Positions 24,911-38,006 of a stretch of 64,000 nt of DNA are shown piece after piece. The stretch is from Anthoceros angustus. Taxonomy: Eukaryota; Plantae; Anthocerotophyta. The notes beneath the pieces are model-generated. The model had not been told where the DNA came from, made no database searches, and saw nothing but the letters and a program-made list of their open reading frames with translations. Both the position numbers and the translations under genes were made by a program. Position 1 is the stretch's first letter; every line of letters starts with the position of its first letter. The stretch lies in NCBI GenBank assembly GCA_010909165.1, contig MU008221.1, forward strand, positions 124,001 to 188,000, written 5' to 3'.

Positions 24911-25851
24911 GAAAGCTGTCAGATTATAGGAAAGACTAACCATAGCTTAGGTGTCTAGTCTTTGAGTGTATTTAGTTTGGTAGATGGATGCCACGAGTTG
25001 AGTCGGAGGATTGAGTCAAGTCGGGAAGAGAAGCCTCAAGCGGCGGCAGTAGCCTGGAAAGGTTGAAAAGGGTTGCGGATCGGGAGTTGAGGAGGACCCA
25101 ATTGGAGGACGACTTGCGGAGAAGGAAGGGGAATCAACGGGGGGTCCGATCTTGGAGCAAGATCCCCAATCTCGGTCTTGGACGAGGTACCACGGCCAAG
25201 GAACCTTGGTCCAAACTTGTCTTGACCTCTCTTCCAGTGTGTGCGTGCGTCAATCAACTTCCCGCTGGACACGTTCTTGAATCAACCATTCTTGAATCGA
25301 CCACGGTCATGTCCACCGTGAGCTCGTGAATCCACATGAGTGTGACTTGGTGTACATGTGAACTGTGCATAGGACCATAGCCCTTAACAAGCGTGCGGGG
25401 AACCGGGCGCCAAATAGTCGATCGCGACGCGCGCACCGGTCGGGTGGGTCCCACCACGTGGTCACCATCGCGGTGGCGAATCCACCACGGCGGTGAATCC
25501 ACCACGGTGGCGGAATCCACCACGGCGGTGAATCCACCACGGCGGCGGAATCCACCACGGCTAGGTGGTCGAACTTACCATGGTCGGGGCTCGGACACGT
25601 AGTTGATTATGGCTAGGTAGGAACGATTGTAGGAGGACTAGAATCCATAGTTTTAGAACATCTTGACACAAAACCATTCCCTTGGGATCGAATCCTAGGA
25701 CTATAACGACATAGAGGGTAAATGTGGCCTCTTTGCCTTCGGATGCAAAACCCATTCCACATTTTGGCGCTCGGGAATGAAACTCGATTATAGGAAAGAC
25801 TAACCATAGCTTAGGTGTCTAGTCTTTGAGTGTATTTAGTTTGGTAGATGG

Positions 25852-26900
25852 ATGCCACGAGTTGAGTCGGAGGATTGAGTCAAGTCGGGAAGAGAAGCCT
25901 GCACAGCGCCAAGGAAGGTTGAAAAGGGTTGCGGATCGGGAGTTGAGGAGGACCCAATTGGAGGACGACTTGGGAAGGAAGGAGGAGAATCAACGGGATT
26001 CGGGTCCGATCTTGTTGGAGCAAGATCCCCAATCTCGGTCTTGGACGAGGTACCACGGCCAAGGGAACCTTGGTCCAAACTTGTCTTGACCTCTCTTCCA
26101 GTGTGTGCATCGCTCAATCAACTGACACGCTGTCAATCAACCACTACATCGAATCGACCCACGCCCATGTCCACCACGTGGTGGTCACCACCAAGCAACC
26201 TTACCGTTGTATGGAGAGGAAGGTATGAGGATCCCGAATTTGTTGAGCGCGTTTTGAGCGGTGACATTTGCAAACCAGAATCGGGTGATGCACAAGCATT
26301 CTATGGAGTTCTTGGGCGGTCCGGCAAAGTGGTATAGGCGAGTACCTCAAGTCACCACACCCCAACCACCTTTGAAGAATTGAAGAATGCCTTCAGAGAG
26401 GTTTAGGGGATTGACATGGAGGGCTACGTGTTGTCCAAGCTTGAGAGGTTACAAAGAGAGAGGAAGGAAACCTTGCAAGCGTATGTTGAGAGGTTTCACA
26501 CCACGTGATCGTAGTGGTCCTCATTCGAGGCAATACGGTGGTTCGCTAAAGGCTGGGTTCTAAGATGGGGAGACACGTGGGTTGCAAGCGGAGAAGAATT
26601 TGGGCAAGGCTATCAAGGCGCATTGAACTACGAGGTATCTACAGAGATGAAGAAGGAGGAAGGAGGAGAAGAAGCGAGGAAGAGGAAGAAGGCTAAGAAG
26701 GACATGAAGAAGTCCAAACGGGAAAAGAAAGGATTCCTCATCCTCCTCGGGAGAAGTTCGTCGGATGAAGGCTGCGGAGGAAGAAGAAGAAATCAAGGGG
26801 TGAGGTGGAAGGAAAGAAGGGTCGATGCGGGAGAACAAAGAGGCGCAAGGGCGAAACAAGATTGTATGCAAAAAGATCAGAAAGCAAGGAAGGAGGTGAG
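25852..26900 (+). pseudogene. gag: gag of element A, degenerate and truncated
   Basis: EFVERV...ICKPESG, YVLSKLERLQ, KETLQAYVERFH, WFAKG, KNLGKAIK, collinear with gag of element B. Confidence 0.75.
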
Positions 26901-27792
26901 GCGGCCAAGAAAGTGGACACATCGGGAAGCGGATGAAAAGATAGATTCCTTTCGCGCACATCTCATGGTCGATGAGGAACACGATTATTGGAGATATCCC
27001 ACACACGATTCGGTGGTAAGATCTGTGCACTAATTTCGATGGAAGGAGGAGGGCGAAGTGCGAACAACCGGATGAGGAAAATGGAATGGGCATCACGCGT
27101 TTCACCTCGGAAGATCTGTTTGAGAATGGGGCATGCGAGAAGAGGAACCGCTAGAGCCGAGAGGATTTGGGGTCACGATGAGAGAGGAAGGAGGTGAGGC
27201 GGATGAAGTCAAGGATGTTGAGGTACTCGGAAAGTGCTCAAATTCTCCAAAGCAATGAGCCGGGCTTGAGGGGCATGAGTTGCTTGCGAATTCGCCGATG
27301 TCTTTGCCTTCAATGTGACCGACATAAAGGGTATACCCAAGGAATGGGGAAAGCATAAGATCGACACGGGCGCAATTAGGATTAAGGTTGGATGAAGTCA
27401 CCAAGAAGGATCATTCTCCGTTGCCTTCAACGATAACATCCTAGATCCGTCAGCGGGATGGAGTATTCCTTCTTAGATGGGTACTCCTATAACGGTGCAT
27501 CTCGGTATTTGGCGAGCGGAGAAGAGAAGACGGAGGATGACTTTCCATGAGACCCTGCGGCAGTGGGCGAGAGGCCAAACCCAATTTGAGCAGGGTAAGG
27601 GAGGCGATGGCCTCGAATGAGAAGGGAGAAAGAGCTTCCGGAGCGCATCTGAGTTTATGAGTATCTGGCCTTGGCCAGTCGTCAAAACCTCTCTAAGGGT
27701 CCTAGGTTTTCGACAATGGTTCCATCCCGTTATGTTTTAATGGACGCACTTGCCAACGAGTTGGTTGGCGAGTTAAAAAGTATTATCAATAA
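26900..27792 (+). pseudogene. pol: Deleted pol remnants of element A (linker, RT start, integrase C-terminus)
   Basis: VTKKDHSPLP..DNIL...YSFLDGYS at ~27395-27490; FDNGSI...GWRVKKYYQ* at ~27708-27792. Confidence 0.75.
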
Positions 27793-27809
27793 GTTGGCGA
27801 GGCGCCAAC

Positions 27810-27824
27810 AAGTGAGAAGGAGTA
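27810..27824 (+). promoter_or_regulatory. Polypurine tract of element A
   Basis: aagtgagaaggagta immediately before the 3' LTR TG. Confidence 0.8.
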
Positions 27825-29925
27825 TGTGGAAGACCACATGTACACTAACCCTCCCTGGATTGTTGGTTTGAATGTTTTTTGCTTTTCTTATGTTTTGTGT
27901 GATGGAGTCGTAGGAAATGTCCGAGGCAAGGCCTTTTATACTAAAAGTGGTCCTTGGCCCATGGCAATATTACTTTTACAAATAATTAGTCCTTGGGCCT
28001 CGAACCTTTGTGAAGGTCAGGTTAGAAGGTCCTTGGACCTTGGGATTTTAGGAATAAAATTGTCTATATAAGGTGGGGATCCTTCATTCGACAGGGGCCT
28101 GTGAACAAGTGGGGCAGCACCTCTGGAGGTTCAAGCTAGCGGAGAGGTATAAGCGGAGAGAGGTGAGGCTAGGGCCGGTCAAGAGAGGCGAAGCGAAGAA
28201 GGCGCAACACGTGTGGGCGACCACCGTTGGAGCGACCACCACGGTGGTGGAGCCGACCACGTTGGGCGACCACGGTGGTGGAGCCGGCCACCGTCGCGGA
28301 AGAAGGACCCAAGGTGGGGAAGCCACCATCGGGAGCGGGAGGATGCAACTCCCTCAGTTCGAGGCGGCTAGCCGATTGTCCATAGGGCCGGGCATACCCT
28401 TCCGAGGTTGTGCTCGAGGAAATGAGCAAGGCGGAGGCTAGGCGTGGATGGAGGAAACCGTTTGGTCGGTGATAAGGAGGCGAGGCGAGGCGAGGCGGCA
28501 CCTCCTAGGCGTGAAGGGACCTCGGATAGCGGGAGTGAGGTGGAGATATTAAGGGAGGATCTTTTGGATCGAGGCGTGGTAGGAGGCGGGGAACACCCAT
28601 GGGCGCGGGGCTAGGCGGCACAGGAATTTTAGAGGCATCATAGGTCGAGGCTTTCACTTGGATTAGAGGATAAGGTGCTAGGAAGCTTGTGAACTGTAGA
28701 TACCGAATTGGTAGGCGCTCGTGGTAGGTTAGCCATCTTTGAACAGAGGTAGGTTAGCCATCTTTAGACCTTGGGAAAGTGAGCTATGGCGGCGCGCGGC
28801 GGATGTAGAGACCCTTGGCGTCTCTCGTTAGACAATTTCGGTGTGAGCTCCGTGTGTCGAATTTGTATTGGTTGGTTGGAGACATCCGATCGATGATGAT
28901 TGTTCTTTGTCCTCTCGTCACAAGAGGGCGGGAGATCCTGGATGGTCGAGGTGAGTGACCAAGCTCCGTCTGGGGTGACTAGTGGTGAAGGGTGCTCAAT
29001 GCATGCCGGAGAGGGAAATTCCAGGGACCGGGTGAGATCGCGGGTGTCGAATCGCACTGGAGCCGACCAATTGTTTTCCTTTCCCATCCAGATTGTGTCT
29101 AATCCCAAGGAGGGTCTGTGTGGCCCAAGGAGGGGTCATGTGGCCCAAGGAGGTCTGTGTGGCCCAAGAGGTCATGTGGCCCAAGGAGGGTCTGTGTGGC
29201 CCAAGAGGGGTGCAGTGGCCCAAGGAGGGTCTGTGGCCCAAGAGGTCTGTGTGGCCCAAGGAGGTCTGTGTGGCTGAGAGAGGAGGATCTGTGGGAACAT
29301 CTTGTGCGGTGGTGTATGAGGTCCTGGAAGAAAGGGGTGAGTGAGTCGTTGTGTGAAGAGGAGTCTAGGAAGTGGTGGCGAGTCCGGAAAATGCAGGCGA
29401 GGAAGGTTGGGAATAAATTGTGGGGTCGAGGAAATCGGTGATGGGCGTGCGGGCGTCGGATGTGCGCATCCACCGGTGAGCTCGGTGTGAATCCACATGA
29501 GTGTGACTTGGTGTACATGTGAACTGTGTGCATAGGACCATAGCCCTTAACAAGCGTGGCGGGGCGGGCGCCAAATAGTCGATCGCGCGGCCAGCGGGCC
29601 GGTGGGTCCCACCACGGTGGCGGAATCCACCGCGGTGGCGAATCCACCAGCGGTGGCGAATCCACCACGGTGGCGGAATCCACTGCAGCGGTGGCGGAAT
29701 CCACCAGTGTGGCGAATCCACTGCAGTGGTGGCCGAACCCCACCAGTCGTAGATCGGACAGTAGTTGATTATATGGGTAGGAGGCGATTGTAGGAGGACT
29801 AGAACCCATAGTTTTAGAACATCTTGACACAAAACCATTCCCTTGGGATCGAATCCTAGGACTATAACGACATAGAGGGTAAATGTGGCCTCTTTGCGTC
29901 TTCGGATGCAAAAACCCATTCCACA
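27825..29925 (+). repeat. 3' LTR of element A (2.1 kb)
   Basis: Same termini as the 5' LTR, followed by TSD acaac. Confidence 0.92.
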
Positions 29926-31134
29926 ACAACCTCCGGCCTCTAGCCCCCACTCTTCCTACCAGCTGCCGCTCTTAGTCTTCCTTGCAGCAGGCAGCAAGCG
30001 CTCCAAGTCTTCCTTCATCTTCTCAATCCACCACACAACCAGAATCACCGCCGTCGCACTCATCCAGCAAGACTCGGGCAGCCACAGCCGCCGTCGCCGC
30101 CACTGTCCTCACGCAGCTGCGATTGCAAATTGGGTTGCTTGCGGCCAAGTAAGCGGTACCATTCCCGACTCCAACAGGCGGCGTTGCCTTCTCGTACGGC
30201 GCCATCCACAGATCTCGCATCTTCAACCAATACCGCTTCGAGCCTGTGCCCTTTCCATACGATGCAAGTATTTGGCCCAATCGAAAACACCTCCGATTGT
30301 ACAATTATAGCCAAGAGAGTGGCACCAAGCTCGGGGGCTAACAATTCCACCTCCCCTCCAGTGCTAGGTTCGCCATCGACCAACGAAGGCGCTTCCGGAA
30401 CACATGCCATGGATATGGAGGATGTGGGGTCTTGTTGCAATGTGAAGAAAGCGAGAGGGCTTGCAATATCAACGGTGGAGGACTTGATAAGATTTCCGGA
30501 GGAAGGCGCGACTAAGGCCCGAAATGGATTCAAATGGTCGATCCGGAAGCGGGACAAAGTAATTAATGCCCACATATGGGGACTCAGAGCCTCTTGGCAC
30601 GGGGGCCCATGAAAGCAAAAACGAATCAGCCCTCCATTCACCGTGATAATTTGGAGCAAATCGGGTGAGCATAATGACAACAAGGTGCATCACGATCCAC
30701 ATGATTGGTCCATAGATTGGTGTGTGAAGTTCCCATCCCCATTGGGTCTTTTGAATACTACCGTGTGGACATAGCTAAATAGACAATCAAATGGTGTTCA
30801 AATTTAAAGCACGCAGGCGCACTTTGGCAAAGCCATAGATAGGAAAGTTATGCAGACAGACGCACATGTGTATGTGCAAATACCTCTGATGTGAAAAGAA
30901 ACCCTATCTCCTCTAAGCTATCTGGCATCAGGCCTTAAGGCATCTTCCACTCGCCCAGACTGAAGCCAAGCATTTCTCAAAACATTATCCGTATGTACTG
31001 TTGTACAATGTTGTGTGGCACAGGCAACATCTCCTGCATCCACATAGAAATAAAATCACGAAGCCTTACCCTCAGCACTGAAAACACGACCAAAGCATGT
31101 ACACATGACACGTTCCCACCTTTCTTCCAGCCTA

Positions 31135-32045
31135 ACCCCCCACTTTTCCGCCACTATGTCATTGACTTGTTCGGGCATCGAGTAAGCATGTATGCGGTTG
31201 ATCATTGTCGATCCCATGTCGCCATGGCCAACTTGCATGTACGCACAATGCGGTAGCATGATCCTCTAGATCAACGGCAAGCTACAACACATACGACTCA
31301 AGGCTGCGCAACAAGTAGTCTTGTCAACCCCTTGCCACTTGAAGGTTGTTTTACTCAAAGGCAATCTGAGACTCCATCGGTGTGCTTGGCCTTATGTCCA
31401 CTTCAACAAGTAATACTCAACCCCTTCATCTTGAGGCTCGCCAAGACAAAATTGTCGCCAACTTCTAGGAAATCGCCATCTCAGACATCAACAAGCATCC
31501 TCATCCTCACCTCACTGCGGGAACAAGTGGAAGGAGGGGTTTAGAAAGTGTGAGCAATGGAATAGGCTGGTTTGTTGCTTATCGAGTCAATGGGGCCAAC
31601 TTTGTCCATGCGGTTTGATCTTAAAAGTTCTCCAAGACGCAGGCACCAGGTTTACCAGGCCCATGGTTGCTCTCCCTACAATCGCACAGCGAGGCAAAGG
31701 GCTCCGCGTTCGCGATTGTGTAGGGTCATTCATGTTCTGACCATACAGGCTGTGCATAGATCCTAGGATGGAATCACACCCATGGTTTTGCGGTTAACCT
31801 CTCGTTCTTCCAATGAGCCGAAACTTACATGAACCCCATGCTCGTGCTTGCATAAGAGGAGGCTGCGCCACCAAATATGTTTTGTTGCGTACTCCACCAC
31901 ATCTGCATTTGCATACTGACGGTAGAGGGGCACTGGTCGAAGGGCATGCTTCAAAATGGCACCAGCACCATCGTGCTCTCCCTTCCCATGGCCACTCCCA
32001 AAATAAGGCCAAAGCATGTTACACCCACCTGTGATGCTAGGAGCA
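31135..32045 (-). mobile_element. Sola2-like transposase remnant, inverted copy (single HGKGEHDG motif)
   Basis: MLWPYFGSGHGKGEHDGAGAILKHAL at 31763-32017; reverse complement of ~11200-12150. Confidence 0.65.
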
Positions 32046-32435
32046 GGCTCTCTGCATAGGGGTTATTCTCCATTAAAGGGTTTGGGTCCCTAAAGACCAA
32101 AAATGACCAGACGGGCAAAATGCATCATCTTTAGCAAAACCACTCTTTAGACATGTACCAAAGCATTGACCATGTTATTTTCTCATGAATACTTACGGTT
32201 TAAGCCAAGAAGGTTCATGGTTCACCTTCACAAGGAAGGATTTCAAGGATTTTTAACAGTGCTAGGAATCCTAAACACCTCTTCCAGGGATAGTACTTCC
32301 TAGCGAGATGGGAGCAAGCGTGAGATTACCGCAGAGACAAAATACAGTGGCAACGGGAAAGGTTCCGCGATGCTTCTTGTATGCTCGTGTGGCGTGACTA
32401 GGGCGGTTTTACGGATATGTGCGTGCTAACTCTTC

Positions 32436-32779
32436 TCATGGCCTAGGGAACACAGCAATTGGGCGGAGGACGAGACTCATCATCGGAATAGGCAAAATTA
32501 GAACATTTTGATTCATGACCGGTGCCTTGGGCGCAGGTGGGGCAGAAGGGCCACCCATGTCGCAATTTGCCTTGAGTGCAGCAGCCTCAGCAGCTCTGCG
32601 TTGCTCCAGGAACTCTTTAGTGGTGCCCTTGGGCCTCCCTACTCCCCGCTTAGCACCTTTTGCAGCAATCGGTGTTGAAGCTCCAAGAGTGGTAGTTGTC
32701 CTAGTGGCAAACCGGCCCTTGGAATCTCGCTGCAGGTGGCGCTTAGGACTAGGCTCATAGTCGCGGTCCCGAAGCCATG
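32436..32779 (-). CDS. AT-hook-containing ORF, inverted copy
   Basis: DYEPSPKRHLQRDSKGRF...KRGVGRPKGTTKEFLEQRRAAEAAALKA. Confidence 0.55.
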
Positions 32780-34894
32780 GTGGTGAGAAAAGCGATCCTG
32801 TTGCGTAGCTCGAGAGTGAGAGTGAAATGAAAAACGCCCGGTTATAAGGCACGCACCGCATCTCTGCATGACTACTAGCACATAGCATCTTGTTCGATTG
32901 TGGGAATGCGGGGGCGTGTCAGTCACGAGGATGGCTATGGAGCTTGAAAGTGAAGACACATGAATCAGTCTCACGGATATCCTCCAAATAGAGGCATGCA
33001 GAAATCATTACCAACAAGTGGGAGTAAAGGAATATGTGTGTTGGGTAGATGATTAGGGTTCGATGGTTTAGTTAAGTTAAAATATTTAGTAACATGCCTT
33101 TTCATTAGGGTTACGTCGTTTGATTAGGTCACGATGTTTCATAAGTGACTTAAGTTGTTTCATAGCATGCATAGTTTAATGTATGTTCAATTGATTGTAA
33201 TTATTGTTTAATTGATTTGTATCTACCTAAATTCATTAGTAAATTGCTCATTGAGTCTAAATTTCTCGACTAGAAGTGCACATCAAAATCCTATGGCGGC
33301 AAATGCCCTTGTTATGTGCTACAAGCATCGCATACAAGCCTATTGCCCTTGTCACCACAGGACATGCTTGATGAGACTGTGTCAAGGCCTGGCGTCCACA
33401 TTAGATCTGTTGGTGGATGATTTGGAAAGTTCTTATGTCGATAGTCACAGATTTTCCTCCCTTAACACCAAAAACGTGGCCCTAGGTTGCCCGACAAAAT
33501 CGACCAGCTGAGCAATCAAGGAGGAGAAGCGATCTCACTGCGATAGAAACAGTTCCAGCTAAGTTACTTACGTCCGTCCCTTATAGTTGCACAGGGCGTC
33601 CTTGCTCTTGTTCAAGTCTTGTTTCTCTTCCTTGTTCATGAAGAGCATGTTGATTGAGATAACCAACGTCTTTAGTTCCAAAGCCTTTGCTACCTTCATG
33701 CCGTGTCGATGTCAAGCTCTCCCTTTCATACGCCATCATGCGAAGCTATGCACCAAGGCATTTAAGCGTGGAAACCAAGCGAGGACATTGAGCAACAAAC
33801 AATCCCAAGTGAGCAAGATTTTCAATCCATATCCGGTTAGCCACACTCGAACACGGTGGGACAACATGAACATATTGTACTACACTCCATGGAAATTGTG
33901 GACACAATAAGGATCCAACAAATGCCACAGACCACGAAATTTATTCAAGTCTTGGAGCCCTCGGAGGCTCATCTCATGTGACACAAAATCGAGCACAACT
34001 GAATGGTCGTAAGATTGTTAGAAGGATGGGCTTACCATAGCATTAATGCCGTGATTGGCTAGCGGACCGAGGCTAGTTCAAGAATCTTCTTGAAGACTCT
34101 TGGAGACGTGAGTATCCCTAGAGTAGGGACTACTGGGACGGTGGAACAAGTCGACTATAAATCCTCTGAGGGCATCATAGACTATATCGCAGTCCGAACA
34201 CCGATAAGACCAACTTGTAAACATGCATGCAAAAGGACTTACTAGGAGATTCAAGTCCAAGTTTTGAGGAACTAGATAAGCAGTTAAAATAGGGAATACT
34301 TAATGAGGATATATTAATTAGGAAGTAATTAATTACAAGCGAAATGGGATAGGAAAATAGGCAAGAGAAAGGTATTTTAGGATGGTAAATCCGATCTAGG
34401 ATGTTCAGTGACCATAACCCAAAGCGATGTGACTATTCAATAGATGACTATTAATTAAACATTAACCCCTCCATAGTAAGTGTGCGCGTCCTCCATTCTT
34501 AACATATGCACCCATGTGACGCACACACAAAATCGCGGATTGCGTCTTTGTGATGGTATTTGGAATGAGACAAGAGGCGCTCGTTACGAAAGCCAAGTAC
34601 ATCCTACACATACATGGGTGCGTTCTCCATTCGTGTTACAAGAAAAATCTCACGTATAGCGTATCGACTTGACATGCCTACTAGCTTTTGCATCGGCAAA
34701 ACTTCCTGTTCCTTGTTAAAGAGGTTTGTGGGCATTGCCCCAACCCAATAATTTTAGAAGAATTGACCCCCAGGTTCTCGAGTTGAATCTATGATATTCT
34801 CGGTGGTTTCTCTATATATGTACATAGATGTGTAGTTCATTTGTAGATAGAGGGTGTGAGTTTTAATACTTGTTATAGAATTTACTAGTTGTCC

Positions 34895-36860
34895 ATGGCA
34901 TTATGGGTGGCTCGGTGATATCTTCCTTTATCATATTGACGGTATTATCATTGATTTTGTTTTTCAATGATCATCATGACAACGAATTAAAGAGTTCATC
35001 AAGGTGTTTTATCGTCGAGAATATTCCCAAGGCTATGCATGTTATCAATCGACCATTTGTGAAGTCTTATCGATATGTACATGTTGGTTTTGCTCTTGTT
35101 TTATACTGTTTTAAGAATGTAATAAGGGTAATGGTAATTATTGATAAGAGTTCATAAACGTCTTCATTTTTCCTTTTGACAATAATTTTTATGATGACTT
35201 TCGAACATTATTGATTGTGTAAAATTTGAAGATCAACTCGGTTTCAAGATCCTATTATAAGGGAACATTATAAGGTTAAAAATTCATCTACACAGTTTTT
35301 TATTCAATGTTTGGATTGATGACCTTGATGCATGTAGATGTCTTAAACCATGTCTCATATTTCCTGCCACGTAATGCTTTGTGAAGGAGGATGCTCTATA
35401 AAGGAGATTGGATATGTCTTAAGCGATATTCTAATGTTTTCATTGTGATGCTACATACGGAAGAATGGACTTAAGAAAAGTACTTCATTGCTTTCTAAAG
35501 ATTTTGAAAATAAGCACCCAAACATGACTATATCTCTGTTTCAAAAGAGGTTGGACGTTGTCCTCCGGGATGTGTTCTATAGCTCGGTGATACATCCAAG
35601 AATTGATTTGGAGCGAGCGATCTTAAGCGGAGGTCTACCTATTTTAGCAATGGTCGAGTTCTAAAACATTGATGACCGACCTCCCGATCGTTGGGTAAGT
35701 TTTCTAGAGTGTTTGCGTAAAACATATATGTCATGTTGTCTTTTAACTTTCAATCGTCGAGATGGTAGAAATATTGAATACATTTGCACACATAGATCCA
35801 TGTATGGATATACATATTATTGTGGACTAATGTTGATCTTTTAGAAATAAATATAGAATTGACTACCTTGTACCTTTTGACTTTGGGCGAGCAGGGTTAA
35901 TGGATTTGAGATCGTTTGATGAGACTTCCACAAGCCTACGGAATAGCTACAACAATGAATGTTTATCAACCACCAGTGTGAGATCTTATGATGAAAATGA
36001 TTTCTCAAATGGACAAATATGGGTGCAAAATTATGGAAGCATTCATCAATCAATGGAAGTTGGATGGCAGTAAGTGTTGTAATTTTATCTTGCTTTCATT
36101 TCGAGATCTATAGTCGCATTTGTAAATTTTAAGTTGTGGTATTCACGATAGGTGTATCCATATAAATGCGATGGTACGGGAAATGAAGATCGACCACATT
36201 TTTATATTTTGACGGTGATTTAAATTTTCTATACCTCCTTTATTGAAATTACAATCTTGTACTTTGAATTGTAAGTTTTGTGTTTTATGTTTTGAAACGT
36301 GTTGATGACAGAGACTCCTATGAGGATGGATGCTATAATTTAGAATGCTCGGGGTTTATTTTGTGGGTGAAAGCCCAATGATAGGTTATCCTTTTCAAAC
36401 AGATATGATGTAGGTTTTAGAGTTTCTATTGAAGTGGATAAAGACGGAGATTAGAGGAAGAATAGCCAAACAGATTGGATATTGGCCAAAAGATATATTT
36501 AGAGATGGTGGATTGTGAATCTAGTAATTTCTTGTCGTTCGGAGAGGTGAAGTTGTCCGGAGAGAGGGTCGACAAGATATATCAATGCCAATGGAAGTAG
36601 AATTCGGCTCAAGGATTCAAAATTTTGAGGAGCATATCACAGAGATACGTGTGCTTTATAAAGGTGGAACTTTTAGGTATTATAAATCGTCCTTGTAGGC
36701 GCCAAGCGAGGTGAGGCAAAGATCTGATGTTGGAGATGACGAAAATGGAGATGATGCAAATGGTGGTGAAACATGGGTGACTGGCGGAGGTCTGGTGAAG
36801 GGCAATTTCATATAACCTTTCAATGAGCTAGCATTGAACTTAGTCCCATATAGTATGTAG
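34895..36860 (+). CDS. Neprosin-family peptidase, copy 3
   Basis: Exon 1 MGGSVISSFIILTVLSLILFF...HVINRPFVKSY (signal-like + propeptide); downstream motifs as in copy 1. Confidence 0.83.
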
Positions 36861-37169
36861 TTGGTAGAATGAGATGCATATGTAAATGTGAACTACGAAG
36901 CAAAATATATGACAATCATAAACTTCCATGATATTGTTCCGTCTAACTTATCACGATGTTGAGAAAGGTTTTAGCCGTGAAGGACAAATTTGTTAACGCT
37001 TATGAATGGAGATGCACTGAGCTATCAGTCCCTGGCGGAGGGCCGTTTAGAAATATTGGCGTAAGCATGAGGGTAGCTAGCTAGGGAGTAGGTTGCTTGA
37101 GACTTAAGATTAATTAATTAGAGTCCGGCAAGTCTAGTCAAGAACACTGGCTTTGAACATGCGGCTGGA

Positions 37170-37733
37170 CAGCCATCAACATGTCTGCAACAATCACCTA
37201 GAGATTCTCCGTTCAGGCTGCCGCTCCTCGTGCCCCAGTCGCCCAAGATCCAAGAGACTCTCCCATTCCGGGCATGTTCTCACGATCCGCTGTAGTTTCA
37301 CGTCGCCAGTAGAAACCACCAGGGACACGTATACAATCGTAATCTGCACTCCACGGCCAGTACGGGGAGAATTTGTTCTGGGCTATTACGCCCACCGCGG
37401 TGATGCAGATGCGCCGCGACCAGTGAGGAAGTACTAAAACTACGCCACTAATACGCGCCTCAGCCGGATGTGTGGACGTTACACCTGCTTGCTTGGTGCA
37501 CTCGCTCTCATCCTTTTATTCCGATCGGCCGCAGTTGAACGAGCTCGCAGAGCCTGCTTGGATTCTCCTCCACATTCCGGGTTGGTTTAACTATTGTTGG
37601 ACGGGCACTCATGCAGGTTGTGGAAATCGACAACCCATCTGGGATGTGCAACAATCAACTGTAAAGATTCTTCCATCTTCATCATCTGCAGCTACAACCC
37701 ACCCGGAACCACATTGGAGAGAAGCCCTACTAA
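37170..37733 (+). pseudogene. PR1: PR-1 / CAP gene, copy 3; start approximate
   Basis: QYGENLFW, KY*NYATN (TAA 37435-37437), WKSTTHLGCATINCKDSSIFIICSYNPPG...EKPY*. Confidence 0.82.
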
Positions 37734-38006
37734 GTTCAGTCTCGGCATTGGGGTAAGGAGCGTAAGAGAAGCTTCCATTTTGCTCCCGCTCTGCTTATGC
37801 GCTACTTTGAGGACCCAGGTTGTCATTGGGGTATGCGAGCAGATCCGAGAACCCCGATATTGCTCCCGGGTCTCGCTTGCAATCACAGCAAGTACTTTCC
37901 AACCCATTTCGAGGACTTAGATTGTTGAAGTTAATGATTTATTTTGCTTTCGAATTGTGAAAGGTCTTCGCGCCCGCTAGCCTAATGGTACATGTGGAAA
38001 GACCGT

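Larger units (their letters stand above)
24416..26180. repeat. ~870 bp tandem duplication spanning LTR end, PBS and gag start
   Basis: The LTR end aaaacccattccaca + PBS occurs at both 24891 and 25761; junction microhomology tccacc at ~25311. Confidence 0.85.
20943..29925 (+). mobile_element. LTR retrotransposon A, Ty3/gypsy (Athila-like), internally deleted / non-autonomous
   Basis: TG...CA LTRs at 20943-24891 and 27825-29925, perfect 5-bp TSD ACAAC (20938-20942, 29926-29930), PBS, PPT, gag plus only scraps of RT/IN. Confidence 0.93.
15161..34108 (+). repeat. Segmental repeat unit, copy 2 (block X inverted and carrying LTR element A)
   Basis: 15458-19141 is collinear with 2874-6959; 19142-34108 minus the LTR element is the reverse complement of 6960-15160. 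Confidence 0.9.

Noticed and set aside
29099-29950. Long minus-strand ORFs across LTR repeats (283 aa, also 224 aa at 24052-24726)
   Set aside because: Stop-poor frames produced by GC-rich tandem repeats; not conserved in frame between LTRs
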